A stretch of 62,482 nt of DNA, filler included, from Kipferlia bialata (Eukaryota), in the NCBI GenBank assembly GCA_003568945.1. It is 3 parts of 3 records of this genome, joined end to end, with 100 filler letters (N's around TTAATTAATTAA, not from the genome) between each part and the next. Parts side by side here need not be neighbours in the genome. Positions count along the whole stretch, not along the records: positions 1 to 27,594 come from BDIP01000166.1; positions 27,695 to 55,275 come from BDIP01000167.1; 1 more part is not named here. One strand, 5' to 3'. Below, one piece after another: positions 27,284 through 39,975 of the stretch. Each line of letters opens with the position of its first letter. Position 1 is the stretch's first letter. The notes beneath the pieces are model-generated. The model was not told the DNA's origin and made no database searches. It saw only the letters and a program-made list of their open reading frames with translations. A program made the position numbers and the translations under genes.

Positions 27284-27538
27284 GTATGTTATGAGAGTGT
27301 GTGTCTATCCTAGTTTGGCTGGAGGAGGGTGGGCAAACACCTGTTTAGTATGTAGTATATTGTGGAAAGGTGAATTTGGATGTCCATGTGTGTGAAAGGA
27401 TGTGGTGAGGTGAATCAATTTGTGGTGTCTGTATACTCAATGATGTCTCCATGAGAGTCTGTTTGACTGCATATTCCGGGTGTCATGAGCTGTGTACCTC
27501 CTCTTGTTCAATTTCTTTCTCTTTCTGACTGAGTCCTT

Positions 27539-27585
<47 letters not shown>

Positions 27586-27594
27586 GGGGGGGGG

Positions 27595-27694
27595 NNNNNN
27601 NNNNNNNNNNNNNNNNNNNNNNNNNNNNNNNNNNNNNNTTAATTAATTAANNNNNNNNNNNNNNNNNNNNNNNNNNNNNNNNNNNNNNNNNNNN
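27595..27694. other. Assembly gap containing an artificial TTAATTAATTAA spacer
   Basis: 100-nt N block with a central six-frame-stop linker. An identical construct occurs at 55276-55375. Confidence 0.9.
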
Positions 27695-27742
<48 letters not shown>

Positions 27743-28096
27743 ATGTACATATGAGTACCATTGGTAATGTATGTACATTGGAGTATCCTGATAGGGGTGG
27801 GACAGGTGTATAGGGCATGTGGAGTGAGCAGGGTAGAGCAGGGAATGATAGGGAGACTATAGGACAGAGAGACACACGGGAACAAGGAGAGCCAACACAC
27901 TTGGTCAAGGTGGAAATATATCGAATATAGCCTGCTGCACACCATATCAAAGCGCTATATCACGTGTCAAGTATAGAAAGTGCTGCCACCAACAGAGTAC
28001 ACATGATAACACTCTCAATAGTATGGGTGGACAGCATAGAACGACACATATGTACAGCAGCCTCCCCTGCCCCCCCTACACCCACCCTGCCCCCAC

Positions 28097-28257
28097 CTGT
28101 CGTTGTACATGGTGCTGGGGCCGTATCTGAAGCAGTGTGGCCCCGTCAGGGTGCACCTCTCGAAGGTGTGGCCCCTGTGCACCGTCGACAGCACCTGCCC
28201 GCGGCCATTCTTCTTCTTGCTGCTGCTCCGCCCGCTCTTCTTAGTCTTGCCAATCAT
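28097..28257 (-). CDS. First exon of an unknown gene running toward the gap (basic N-terminus)
   Basis: MIGKTKKSGRSSSKKKNGRGQVLSTVHRGHTFERCTLTGPHCFRYGPSTMYND followed by a GTGGGG donor, with coding-like codon usage. Downstream exons are uncertain. Confidence 0.45.
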
Positions 28258-28716
28258 CCTCGGATAGGTGGGGTTGTAGATGTGTCAACAGGGTGTGGGG
28301 GGGATGACGGGCAAGCTAAACAGCCTCTTCAGGCACTGCTTGCTCAGCTCTGCTTTCCAACATGTATGTTTTTGGGGTCACCCCAACCCCCAGATTCGTG
28401 CCTGCAACCCCAGAAATCGGCCACTCATACTCTCACTTCCCTGCAGCTAAAGAGAGGTCATATTCTGGTTCACCAATCAAAAACACACTTGCACCCTTTT
28501 TAGGCAGTGTCGTTATCTGACTTTGAGACCGAGTGTCTCTCTACCCATACACTCCTCGGAGTCTGTATACACACACAACCCACCTCACACACTATATAGC
28601 TAGATCCGCATAGTGCTGCTGACCTAGCATTGGGTATTTTGCCCTGATACGGTTGTTGTGACCCAGTACACTGTTGCCCTCCATATACTAGAGAGAGAGA
28701 GAGAGAGAGAGGTGCC

Positions 28717-29294
28717 ATGCTGAGTGGTTCCAGTGTGCAGAAGGACTACGCTCGGTTCAAGGCCTCCCTGGCCACACAGCCTGTAAGGGTGTCCCTGTAC
28801 AAGCTGCTAGTGGCCACACACTCCTTTGTCAGGTTTGACAAGGTGAGGGTTATGTTGAGTTATATATAGCTAGGGATACAATTATTCTTCAACTGCGTAC
28901 AATCGCGCTATGTGAGCATTATGTACCGTTACTGATGGGAGTGGGCGCTCTCCCCCCCCTATCTCTCGACTGTACATTCCGTGTATACACGCTACACTCT
29001 CTCCCCTCCCCTCTCCCCCCCCCAGCCCATCTCTAAGTCGCTCACTCTCTCTCTCTCTAATAGGGAGAGATATTCCATGTATATACTCCCCTCTCACCCC
29101 CCAGACCTTCCCCCACAGGACTGCCTCCACTAATTCTCTCTCTATTTAACAGTCATTCCATGTATATAGTCTGACTCCCAGACCTTCCCCCACAAGACTG
29201 CCTCTGCTGAGTCTGGTGTGCACACCAGAGACTCCCTGTATATGCTGTCATTCAGACCATTCCTGGATGTGGCAAAGGCACAGGTATGTGTATA

Positions 29295-29328
<34 letters not shown>

Positions 29329-30855
29329 CATTGGCTCAGTAACTATTGTATATGCATGCTGTCATTCAGACCATTCCTCGGTGTGGCAAAGGCACAGGTA
29401 TATATATATATATATATATATTGTGAGGACCTGCAGTTCGTGTTCTCAAACACATGACTGTCTGTGGAGTCCTCACTATGTATACGTATATAGATGTGGC
29501 AAAGACCCAGGTACAGTTAGTGTATATATAGTACTGTCTTGCCAGCAGTCTCCCATACTCCTATATTGTATACTTGCTAACCCAGGGCCGCCTCCCCTCC
29601 CACGAGCACTACTTCATAACTATTACTATATATGTATATATAGCTTAGGTGATATATGATTAGGTTCTCCCTTGTATACATGTTTACATACTTACCCCAG
29701 GGCCTCCTCCCCTCCCACGAGCACTACTTCCTTGCCCCATCCTCCTTCCCCCTCCTCCCTGCCCCACCCCTCGGGGTCAGGGACGTGCCCCACCTGGCAC
29801 CACTCCCTCCCGGTATGTATATGAATATAATATGTATATATACATATATGTTTATATATACATATACATTTGAAGGTGAGGGACGTGCCCCACCTGGCAC
29901 CCCTGCCACCTGGTACACGCACATATATATATACCTTCACTATGTTTATTAATACTAATATATATATTTATATATATATATGAAGGTGAGGGACGTGCCC
30001 CACCTGCCACCTGGTATGCATTGGTCTCTCTCTGTTTGTCTCTCTCTCTTGTATAATAATACATAATTGTTTAGGGTTTTCTCGTCCCTTGTCAGTCTCC
30101 CGCGGATACTTCCCCCCCTCCATCTCTCTCTGACCCCTAGGATTCGAGAGCCAGAAGGGAGATCGCTATCTGGAGGTAGGTCATGTGTATGTATACTGCC
30201 CATCATTGGGTGCACAGTCTCAGTCACTGCGTCTAGGGCGTTCCCTCCTCTCTCTCTGTATCATCCTCTCTCTCTATACTTTCATATACCTGTAATGTAT
30301 CTATCCCTGTATGTCTATACCTGTACTGACCCCTCAGTTTGTGGAGCACCTGGTGGACATCCTGGACCAGATAGTGCACTGCACAGGTATGATGGCACAC
30401 TCATCCACTTGTGACCAATACTATATACGACTTGTGTATAGTATTGGGAGTATTCAGATATATCCACCCCCAGGTCTGTTCTACGGGATGGAGATTGGTG
30501 CACTCTCATATACACAGTTGTCTCTACATGTGTGTAAAGGCATACATCTATGTTTATACCATCCCACTCCAGGTCTGTTCTACGGCATGGAGATGGGTGA
30601 CAGTGTCACTCTAACGAGACTGGAGGATGACACACCGGATAGGGACCCAGGTATATAGATACATATATATATAGTAAGCGTTGGTATTTGATATTTGGGA
30701 CCCAGGTATATATATGTATTTATAGATATTGAATACATTTGCCCATGTATCTATGACCCTAACTGTCAGGCCACTCCGACCGCATTGAGGTCACGACCGA
30801 GTGGATCTGTGCCCACATTGTGCAATGCCTATCCCTAGCCTTATCACCTGCTAGG

Positions 30856-30902
<47 letters not shown>

Positions 30903-33900
30903 GGTATATACTATGCATGTATATATGTGTCTGTGCCCACATTGTGCAGTGTCTGTCACTGGCCTTGTCCCCTGCTAGGTATGTATCAATATGTATATAT
31001 ATTGTATATACGGTATATACTATGTATATATGTGTCTGTGCCCACATTGTGCAGTGCCTATCACTGGCACTGTCACCTGCTAGGTATGTGTGTATGCGCT
31101 AGTTATGAGTATTCAATAACATATCTCTGTATTTTCTTTTCGACATATACACTCACATCCAGACTTGAGGCAGCCGGTGTCTCCTGGCCCACAGACAACC
31201 TTAGGACCAGTTCTGTCCCAGCCAGACTGCTGGAACTGGCCTCACTCCTGATGGACAGACCATCCTCCATAGCCAGGGGCATACTCGAGTGCATATCGAA
31301 GGTATGTGGATTGGTTTATGTACAGTATATGTAATGTATACTAGAGCAATGGGTATACTCACCCCAGGTCTTGATGGCCCGTCCCTCCCTGGTGACAGCG
31401 GTGTACAGGGCAGACCAGGTGGGGATATAGAGATATATGGAGCATACTATATATATATGTACATATCCATATTATAGCAGTGTACAGGGCAGAAAAGGTA
31501 AACAGTGGCATATTGAGATACATGTTTGTATATACACATATACGTATGCTTTGATATATATCATACTGTATACACCACTTACCCCAGGCCCCCCGCGGCA
31601 CCACCCTGTCCCACCTAGTGGACACCTGTGTCACACAGTGCAGACAAGGGACAGAGGGAGAGGGAGAGGGGGAGACAGGGCAGGGCATCAGTGGACAGGT
31701 GTTGGCCACGCTGATAGGCCTACTGGTACAGACAGGTGGGTGTAGTACATACCAATATATACAATTCTATATTGGTGACTGTACAGGCATTTCTTTTGAC
31801 ACTTATTCACCCCCAGCGTCTCTGAGCCAGTCCCTGGGTGGTGACACCTACGAGGGTGTGGGTGTGTTTGACCTATCCTCCATAGACGATGCGGCATTGA
31901 TAGAGGTAGTCAGTGATAGACTCAGGGCCAGTAGGGAGGAGAGGGAGAGGCAGGGGGAGACTGAGGGTGTTGTGGCTGAGACTGAGTGTACAGCGACTGA
32001 GGACTCCCACCCCACCCAGGCCTCTGTCTCTAGGGTGTCTGTGTCTATGTCTGTGTCAGAGGGAGGGTTGGTACCAACACACCCTGTCCCCACTGTGTCA
32101 CTCCCCTCATCTGCACCTGTGCCCCTGTCACAGACACCAGTCTGCCTCAGTAACGCACTCGCCATGCTGCTATACCAGGTATGGGTATAGATATACACTA
32201 TACCAAGTATACTATGTATATGTTTATGTATACTATACATGCAGCACTGACCCCAGGGCCTGCAGTCTCCCACCGCCCTAGGTGGCAGGGACCTGGACAC
32301 ATCCAGTCTAGTGGGTATCATGCAGTATGCAGAGGGGCTGGACGGGAGAGTAGTAGAGGGAGAGAGAGAGAAGAGGGAGAAGAGCTGGGTGGGCACCATT
32401 GCGAGTGTGCTCGCATCCATTGTACCTGTATCCACTTTCTCCCTCGCCTTTCTCTCCCCCTCTGCGCCCTCTGCCCCTCTCTCTCTCCTACCCGTGGGTG
32501 CCCTGTACAGAGACAGGCTCATACCTGACCTCGAGGCCCACCCCACCCTGTCCCACCTGTACACCACCACATGCCTCCAGATGAGTGTCGACAGGCTCCT
32601 GCTCTGCCCCTCTGACCCCATCGCACATGTCCTAGAGGTGGCACTCGCACACTCACCCAACGTGGACCTGAGGTTAGTGTCATCTATCGGACTCAATTAG
32701 TATATATATGCCTTAACGACCCTATCTGACCCCAGGCTACTGCTCCCCCTCCTGTCCCAGCCTGCCCCAGCCATGTGCTTTGTCAGGGTGCTGCTATACT
32801 CTGTGGGCAATGCACCGGACAGGACACCCTTCATGTCAGTCATAGTGCAGATGGCAGAGTTTGTCAAGCAGGTGAGTGTAAACATGCTTGATATATGACT
32901 CTGTATACAAGTATTAAGTGAGGTGTCACTTGTAATATTCTAGATGGCAGAGTTTGAAAGATGAAGCCAACGTGAATATGGTTGGTCACCTGAGTATTGC
33001 GTGGCCGGTGTGCTTTTAGAGTTTTAGGACATACTCCTTTTGACCATTATTCCCTGCTAGTGACCTTCTCTGCTAGAAGATGTATGCATTGAGAAATACC
33101 ATTTGTGTGTCATCTTAGTCTTGTCCTCACCCTCAGGCCCTTCTCCTAGCCTCCACTGACAGAAGTGAGGAGAGCACCCTAGACAAGGCGGTGTGGCTAC
33201 CAGAGACAACATCGGTAGAGACAGAGACAGAGGCTGAGACTGAGCGAGAGACTGAGACCCCCTCCCCACCCCCTGTCCCCTTCACCTTCACCACTGTTGT
33301 GGCCGGTGTGCTCAGTGTACTGTCACCCCTCCTGTCCAAGGAGCACACGCCGCAGTCAGCAGACATTGACATCAGGTATGAGTGACTTCACTGTAAATAT
33401 ATAGATATACATATATCCATTACAATATTGGGTTCCAAATATGTATATATATATAGTAATTGATCTTCTGACCCCAGGGATGTGCTTGATGTGGTTGGTG
33501 AGGCATTCACACTGTCACTGTCAGACCCGGAGAATGAGGTATATACGTGTACCGTACAGTATATGAGAGTGTCATTATATTGAATCTTATGTACACAGGC
33601 GCTACACTATGAATATTGTTATATAGTGTATGTTCATGTAATACAGACACCCCCAGATCCTGTCTGAGCGTAGGAAGATAGAGTGTGATATCAGTGTCTC
33701 TGTATGTATATAACACTGACCCCAGATCCTGTCTGAGAATGTCGGCCCCCTTGCCTCCCTCCTGGCCATAGCATCTAGCCACTCCAGACAGTGCATCACG
33801 GCACTGGTGATGGCACTCAGTGACACAGACCCGGACACAGGTATGTCTATATAACTAATATATAATGGTGTTTGCCTCTATATTCGTTATATGTTGTATA

Positions 33901-36900
33901 CACATCTCTTGTATGTCAGCACTGGTGGTGGCACTCAGTGACACAGACCCAGACACAGTTGGGGGTTAGTGTGTATATATAGTTTGTGTATGTCCATAGA
34001 TGGAGAGGTCTTGGTGTAGATTAATGTAATCCTTTACCATCAGACACCCCCGTGACCCCCACTTCCCGTCTCCTCATCACCCGGTCTCTGGCAGTGGCTC
34101 TCAGCCACTACAAGGTATACACACTATATCTTATATACCTCTAAGGATATGTTCATTTATATGTATGTGAGTACACGGTGTGTATTATTATGTCTCTGGC
34201 AGTGGCACTCAGTCACTACAAGGTATATATACTCCATTTAGGCTCTTTATTGTATACCCCAACCACTACCAGTTGGGTGTTGTATATGCATATGTATGTG
34301 TTACCAATCTTGGTCACTGGGAGTGGCTCTCAGTCACTGCAAGGTGGGTGTAGGTATTATACATGATGTATGTGGGATAATACTCTTACCCCTTACCCCC
34401 AGGGCCCCTTGAACATGACTGAGCGCGAGATATCTATCCTGTGCGCGCACTTCAGACCCAATGACCTGGACGAAGTATACGAGGGAGAGGGAGAGACAGA
34501 GGGAGAGGGTGCTGATGAGGTAGAGGCCCAGGATGTTGAGAGCCCCACTGCTGTTGAGGAGGAAGAGGAGGTTGAGAATCCAGAGACCCCAGGTGATGAG
34601 ACAGTAACTGAGGCTGCAACTGCTGTAGATGAGTCAGAGGTGGTTGAGGAAGAAGAGGCTGTGGGGACCCCTGGTTCAGTGGAGAGTGGTGATGAGAAGA
34701 AAGTGGTTGCTGTAGAGCCTGCTGATACCACCACAGTGCCTGTGGTTGAGACCGAGACGCAGAGGATCCCGGCACCCCCCTCCCCCGCTGAGGGTTCCCC
34801 CTCCACCCCCCCACCCCCGACTCCCCTCACCCCCACCCACCCCTTGCACTCCGACACCCTTAACGGAGTGGTGTGGCTGGCCATAGCTGCCCTGCTGAAG
34901 AAGGTGTCCCCTGCCACCTATGACTACAGGCAGATGATAGGGGCCACTGGTCTCCATGTACTTGTGGACATCCTCTTTGCCAATGACACTCTGACCGAGG
35001 AGTACACTGACTTCCTGTTACATAGGGCACTGTGCAGAGACAAGGAGGGGTCTCTACGCCTATGCCAGCCTGAGGCACTCTCCCTGCTACTCTTCGTGGC
35101 TGGGCAGAGACCAGACTCTATGGGACCAGGTGTCCTAGGGTACATTGTGCACAGTCTGTACAACCTGCTGGTGAGTGGGTGTGTGCCTGGCTCCATGACA
35201 GGTAGTGCCACACACGGGTATGCTGTGGACCCCTCAGCTGCAGGTGTCATGTGTGCATGTGTGTGCAGCCACCCACCCACACTCACTGCTCTCACTGGGT
35301 TACTGGTCTCTCTAGCCGACAACCCCACCCTGCTCTCTCTTGTGTCCAAGTGTGTGACACAGGTCGTGGCATCATTCACCGACGTGTCCCACTTCAACGT
35401 GTACATTGCATCTCTAGACACTGATGCTATGGGTGCTGTGGTGGGTATCATCAATGCACAGCTCAAGAGAACAGCACCGGGGGGGACTGCACATGTGGTG
35501 CCTCTGCTAGTGGGTGAGGACGCAGCCCTGTCACACACCGTGTACAACATACAGGTTAGTATGTGATATACCTATACTGTACTCTCCTACACTTCTCATC
35601 CTCACCCCAGGTACCCAGGCTGACCACCCCCCGCAAGAGTGGGGGTGTCGATGTGGTGCAGCTACCCCTCTACGTGGCCATGTGGGTGTGTGCCCTTCCC
35701 CCTGCCTCCTACACTGAGGGAGCATCCTCTCTCCTCCTATCCCTCAGGGGAGAGAACTATGAGACGTCGGTGTGGCTGAGGTACAGTGCCACCAAGGTGG
35801 CCCCACAGTCACTGACACCACCCCTAGCTAGGCCTTCTAGTCTAGTTGTCTGTGGGTACAAGAGCAACGGCATGACGCATGCCTATGAGTATGCCCTACC
35901 CATAGAACATGGCCAGTGGTCCCAGATATCAGTCTCACTCTCTGGACAGTGTGTAGTGTCTGTCGATGGGTCTGTACCCCTACTGCCCCTGACACCCCCT
36001 GCACTTGTGGGGTCACCCACCTCTGAGGGGTCTGAGGGCATGTCCCCTGCCACAGCACCCCCTAGTGGTGTAGCACCTGTCTCTGTGCCCCAGCTGGCCA
36101 TGGATCCAGAGGCCACGCTGAGGTAGAGTGCATATAGTATATATTAGTGGGATGCAAGTACTAATATTTTACATAGTAATACACCTACACTGGCTATGGA
36201 CCCCAGGGCAACACTGGGGTAGGGGGCTATGTATATATATATATCCATATAGCACTACTTGTATGGTACTGATACTACACTTAGGTGCAGTGATATACCA
36301 GTAATAGGGAATGGTAATCAGTATTAACAACCAGGATCCTGCCCCACATGCGCCCTGGGACCACATCCCCAGAGGCCATGCCCCATGCATCACCCACATC
36401 CACTGGTGACAGACAGGGTACTGACACCCCCCTCCCCCTTACACCCTTCTGTGGCATGGTGGGACCTGTCACAACGTCTACCAATGTGCACCTGGACCCA
36501 TCCATGCAGGTAAGGGCACCATATCTATATGTATATATATATGAATGTACTGAGGAACACTATACTACCACTTGAATATACATACATCCACCAATGTGCA
36601 CCTGGACCCATCGATGCAGGTACCGGGATCTCTTTCTCTCCCTCCACATGTTATACGATTCTTCTCCTGACCCAGACATGTACCATGTATCTATATGCAT
36701 CTGTGTTCCCACCCTGACCCCCAGGCCACCCAGCAACAGGTGCTGCAGGCCATAGCCAAGGAGGCAAAGAGGGGGAGGTGCGGTTGCAAACCTATATTGT
36801 ATTGCGTTATATATATCACTACTAGGAGGCAAAGAGGGGGAGGTCGGCACATGAATATACAGTTGTGTAGATTTCTTTTATAAGTGTGGACATACATATC

Positions 36901-37188
36901 ACTGCAAGGAGGCAAAGAGAGGGGGAGGTGCGGATATATAGATTCACTATTATACATTGGTATGCATGGTATATGCCATTCTAATGTATATTATGTCTTT
37001 GCGATATTTACCCTTAGGGCCAGCCGTGGGTCTGTGACCTACCCCAGTGGTGTCTCCTTCCAGCTCCAGATAGGCACCGTGGGACTCATGTCCCCAGACG
37101 AGAGTGTCAATGCAACGTGTAGGCTCATGGTGCCCATAGTCGGTGGGGCCAGGTGAGAGATACATATATATATATATATCATATATAT

Positions 37189-37254
<66 letters not shown>

Positions 37255-39944
37255 CAGACACATGGTGCCCACAGTCGGTGGGGCCAGGTGAGAGATACAT
37301 GCGTATATGTATAGACACATGTTAGTATGGGTGGGGGCTAGGATATTACACTCGATGTTTTCGGTGCTGTACTATACTCTCGTTCCATCATCAATCAATT
37401 GTGTATACCTAACAACCAGACCCAAGAAGAGAGGCCCACCATCCCCGGCCCGTGTGGTATCCACACACGCAGTCCATCCGTCACCCGCACTCAGGTATGT
37501 GCATAACTTACTATCTTCTTCGCTATAGGCATGCATTATTACCCCGGGGTCGTGTTTACCCCAGGGTGATGCTGCAGTGGGATGGCAACACATTGTATAT
37601 GATGTACTCTATATACTATTAATATGTTTACTATACTATACTGTATATATATACACATCTCACCCCAGGGTGATGCTGCAGTGGGCCGTGTCCGTGGGCA
37701 TAGCAGCAGACGTGGCACACACACCCTCTCTCTCCACAGGGGGGTCTAGAGGCAAGGCCCTAGCCTCCCTCCCAGCCTCAGTTTCCACCCTACTTAGGGG
37801 GTCTACACCCCTAACCAACACCCTTCGCACACTGTCGCGTACACCCGGTGCTCTACCACCCCTGGCTGCCCAGCTCTTCCTGCTCTCCCTACCTCCCCTT
37901 GCCCACACTGAGACTGAACTGGCCTCTCTTCTCAAGGGGATAGATGCCATGCCACCCTCACCTGTTGTGGACATACAGAGACTGTCCCTGTCGGTGCCAT
38001 ATGCAGAGAGAGTCAGGGAGCTCATGAAGGCTGTGTTGTTAGGGGTTAAGGTACGTAATTATATCTCTATGCACTATTATGTATGGATGTGTTACCTTAG
38101 GACCCTGTTTGTGCCGATGTCACCAAATCTTTCTCTCTCTCTCGTTCTCTCTCTCTATGTCTCATACCTACACAGTGTATGCCTTACTTCCAGGACCCCC
38201 TTGCTGCCGATGCCACCCTCAAGGTGTGTGTGCACTGCATGACAGACGGGGTCGGGGCACAGCTCAAGGGGCCAGGTAACAGTATCGTGTATATACATAC
38301 CGATATACATATATCGTAACTATTCAAAGTGTATATATTACATATTATGTATATCCACAGACGGGGTCGGGGCGCAGCTCAAGGGGCCAGGTGGGATGTA
38401 TATTGAATTGTCTATGTCTCATACATGTGGAGCATGAAGATACCCATATGTGTGACTCTGTGACCTCTCTCCATGTTCTGCCCCCCCCGCCCCCCCCTCA
38501 CCCCCAGCCAAGGAGTCTTGACTACCCTACTACATCTATACTGTATATGGTACTGGAGATATGTCTCACGCTACCCATCTCTTCCTCTCACCCCCAGCCA
38601 AGGAGTCCATACTGTATATATACTACATATATATTTATACTACATATATATATATTCTATATCTACCCACCAAACCCCTCACCTCCCAGCCAAGGAGTCC
38701 CCCATGTGGGATGCCCTGTGTGCACTCATAGCAAGGTAAGTTACAATTACAGGATCTGTAGTATATGAGCACTAATTGCAAAGTGAGGGGGGTGGTGTCA
38801 GTGTGCCGGTACCAGTTCAGTAATGTGTATAGGACCATGTACACTTTGACACTCATACGCAGGTCTGGCACCCTTGCCTCCGCCCTCAACTGTCTAGTCA
38901 TGTAGAATGAGTGTATATATATATATATATATAGGTATATATTTGACACTCTCATTCAGGTCTGGGACCCTAGCCTCTGCCCTCAACTGTCTTGTGCTCC
39001 TGTCACCCCCACCCGTGTCAGTCATCCCATTCTGCAGACCCACAGTGCCCACAGGTATAAACTTATATACGTATATACATATATATATACGTGTGCCCAC
39101 AGGTGGGTTACTGGTACATACGTAGGCCATAATTGTACAGGGTCTAATATATGATAATATGTGCCCTCACTCTACTCCACATCCCTCAGGTCCTGTCTCT
39201 GATGACATCTCCAGTCTCTAAAGAGATATGACTCTCTTTGGATATTACTACCCTGACTATTGTTAATGCATCCCCTCCTCACCCCCCAGGCCCTGTCTCT
39301 GATGACCCCCGTACTGACAGTGACTCAGACCCTGCACCTTCCAGAGGCATACTGAGTGGGGTATTGAGGCTACTGACCACAGTCATACCCATAGTGTGTG
39401 ACGCAGTCAAGACAGAGTATGAGGTGGGGCATGTGTACAGTCATACCTCTCTATAAGTGCTATATTATCTTCTCTGGAGGCATTTGCTTCTGTATATATC
39501 TCTCTGCTAACCCCCAGAAGTCCTTTGGCGCTGCTGCCCTTGCCAAGTTCCAGCGCTCTCCCTCTCTGGTACAGGCTGTACTGGATGTCATCAGAACATC
39601 AAACTACATCCCATTCCTAGGTGGGTGTATATGTACTGGATGTCATCAGAACATCAAACTACATCCCATTCCTAGGTGGGTGTATATGTGTATATGATAT
39701 CCCTATATATATTAATATTCATTTGTGGTATGTAATTATGTACTGGATGTCATCAGAACATCAAACTACATCCCATTCCTAGGTATATGTGTAATATCAA
39801 TATGCATATATGTATGTGAGTTCAATATTGTGTCCTCACTCAGGTGTGTCAGGGTTTAGATGTCAGTATGTCATTCAGCAGTATATATTTACCGCAGGCT
39901 CTGCCCTTGTCTCCTCACCCTCTGTGTATATCTATACGTATACC

Positions 39945-39975
<31 letters not shown>

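Noticed and set aside
27639..27650. TTAATTAATTAA island inside Ns (also 55320-55331)
   Set aside because: Identical six-frame-stop linker centred in 100-nt N blocks. It is an assembly spacer, not biology.
27540..27741. Long poly-C/poly-G runs as G-quadruplex or telomeric elements
   Set aside because: They are homopolymers at contig ends, typical of intronic C-tracts where sequencing failed. Their lengths are unreliable.
30808..31083. Ordinary mutually exclusive exons as the explanation for the synonymous copies
   Set aside because: The copies lack the 5' half of the exon and any upstream acceptor, and they would encode the same peptide.
31848..35550. Long minus-strand ORFs (31848-32696, 34393-34917, 34924-35550; likewise 41699-42436)
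   Set aside because: Antisense shadows of GC-rich plus-strand exons, with no minus-strand splice signals or motifs.
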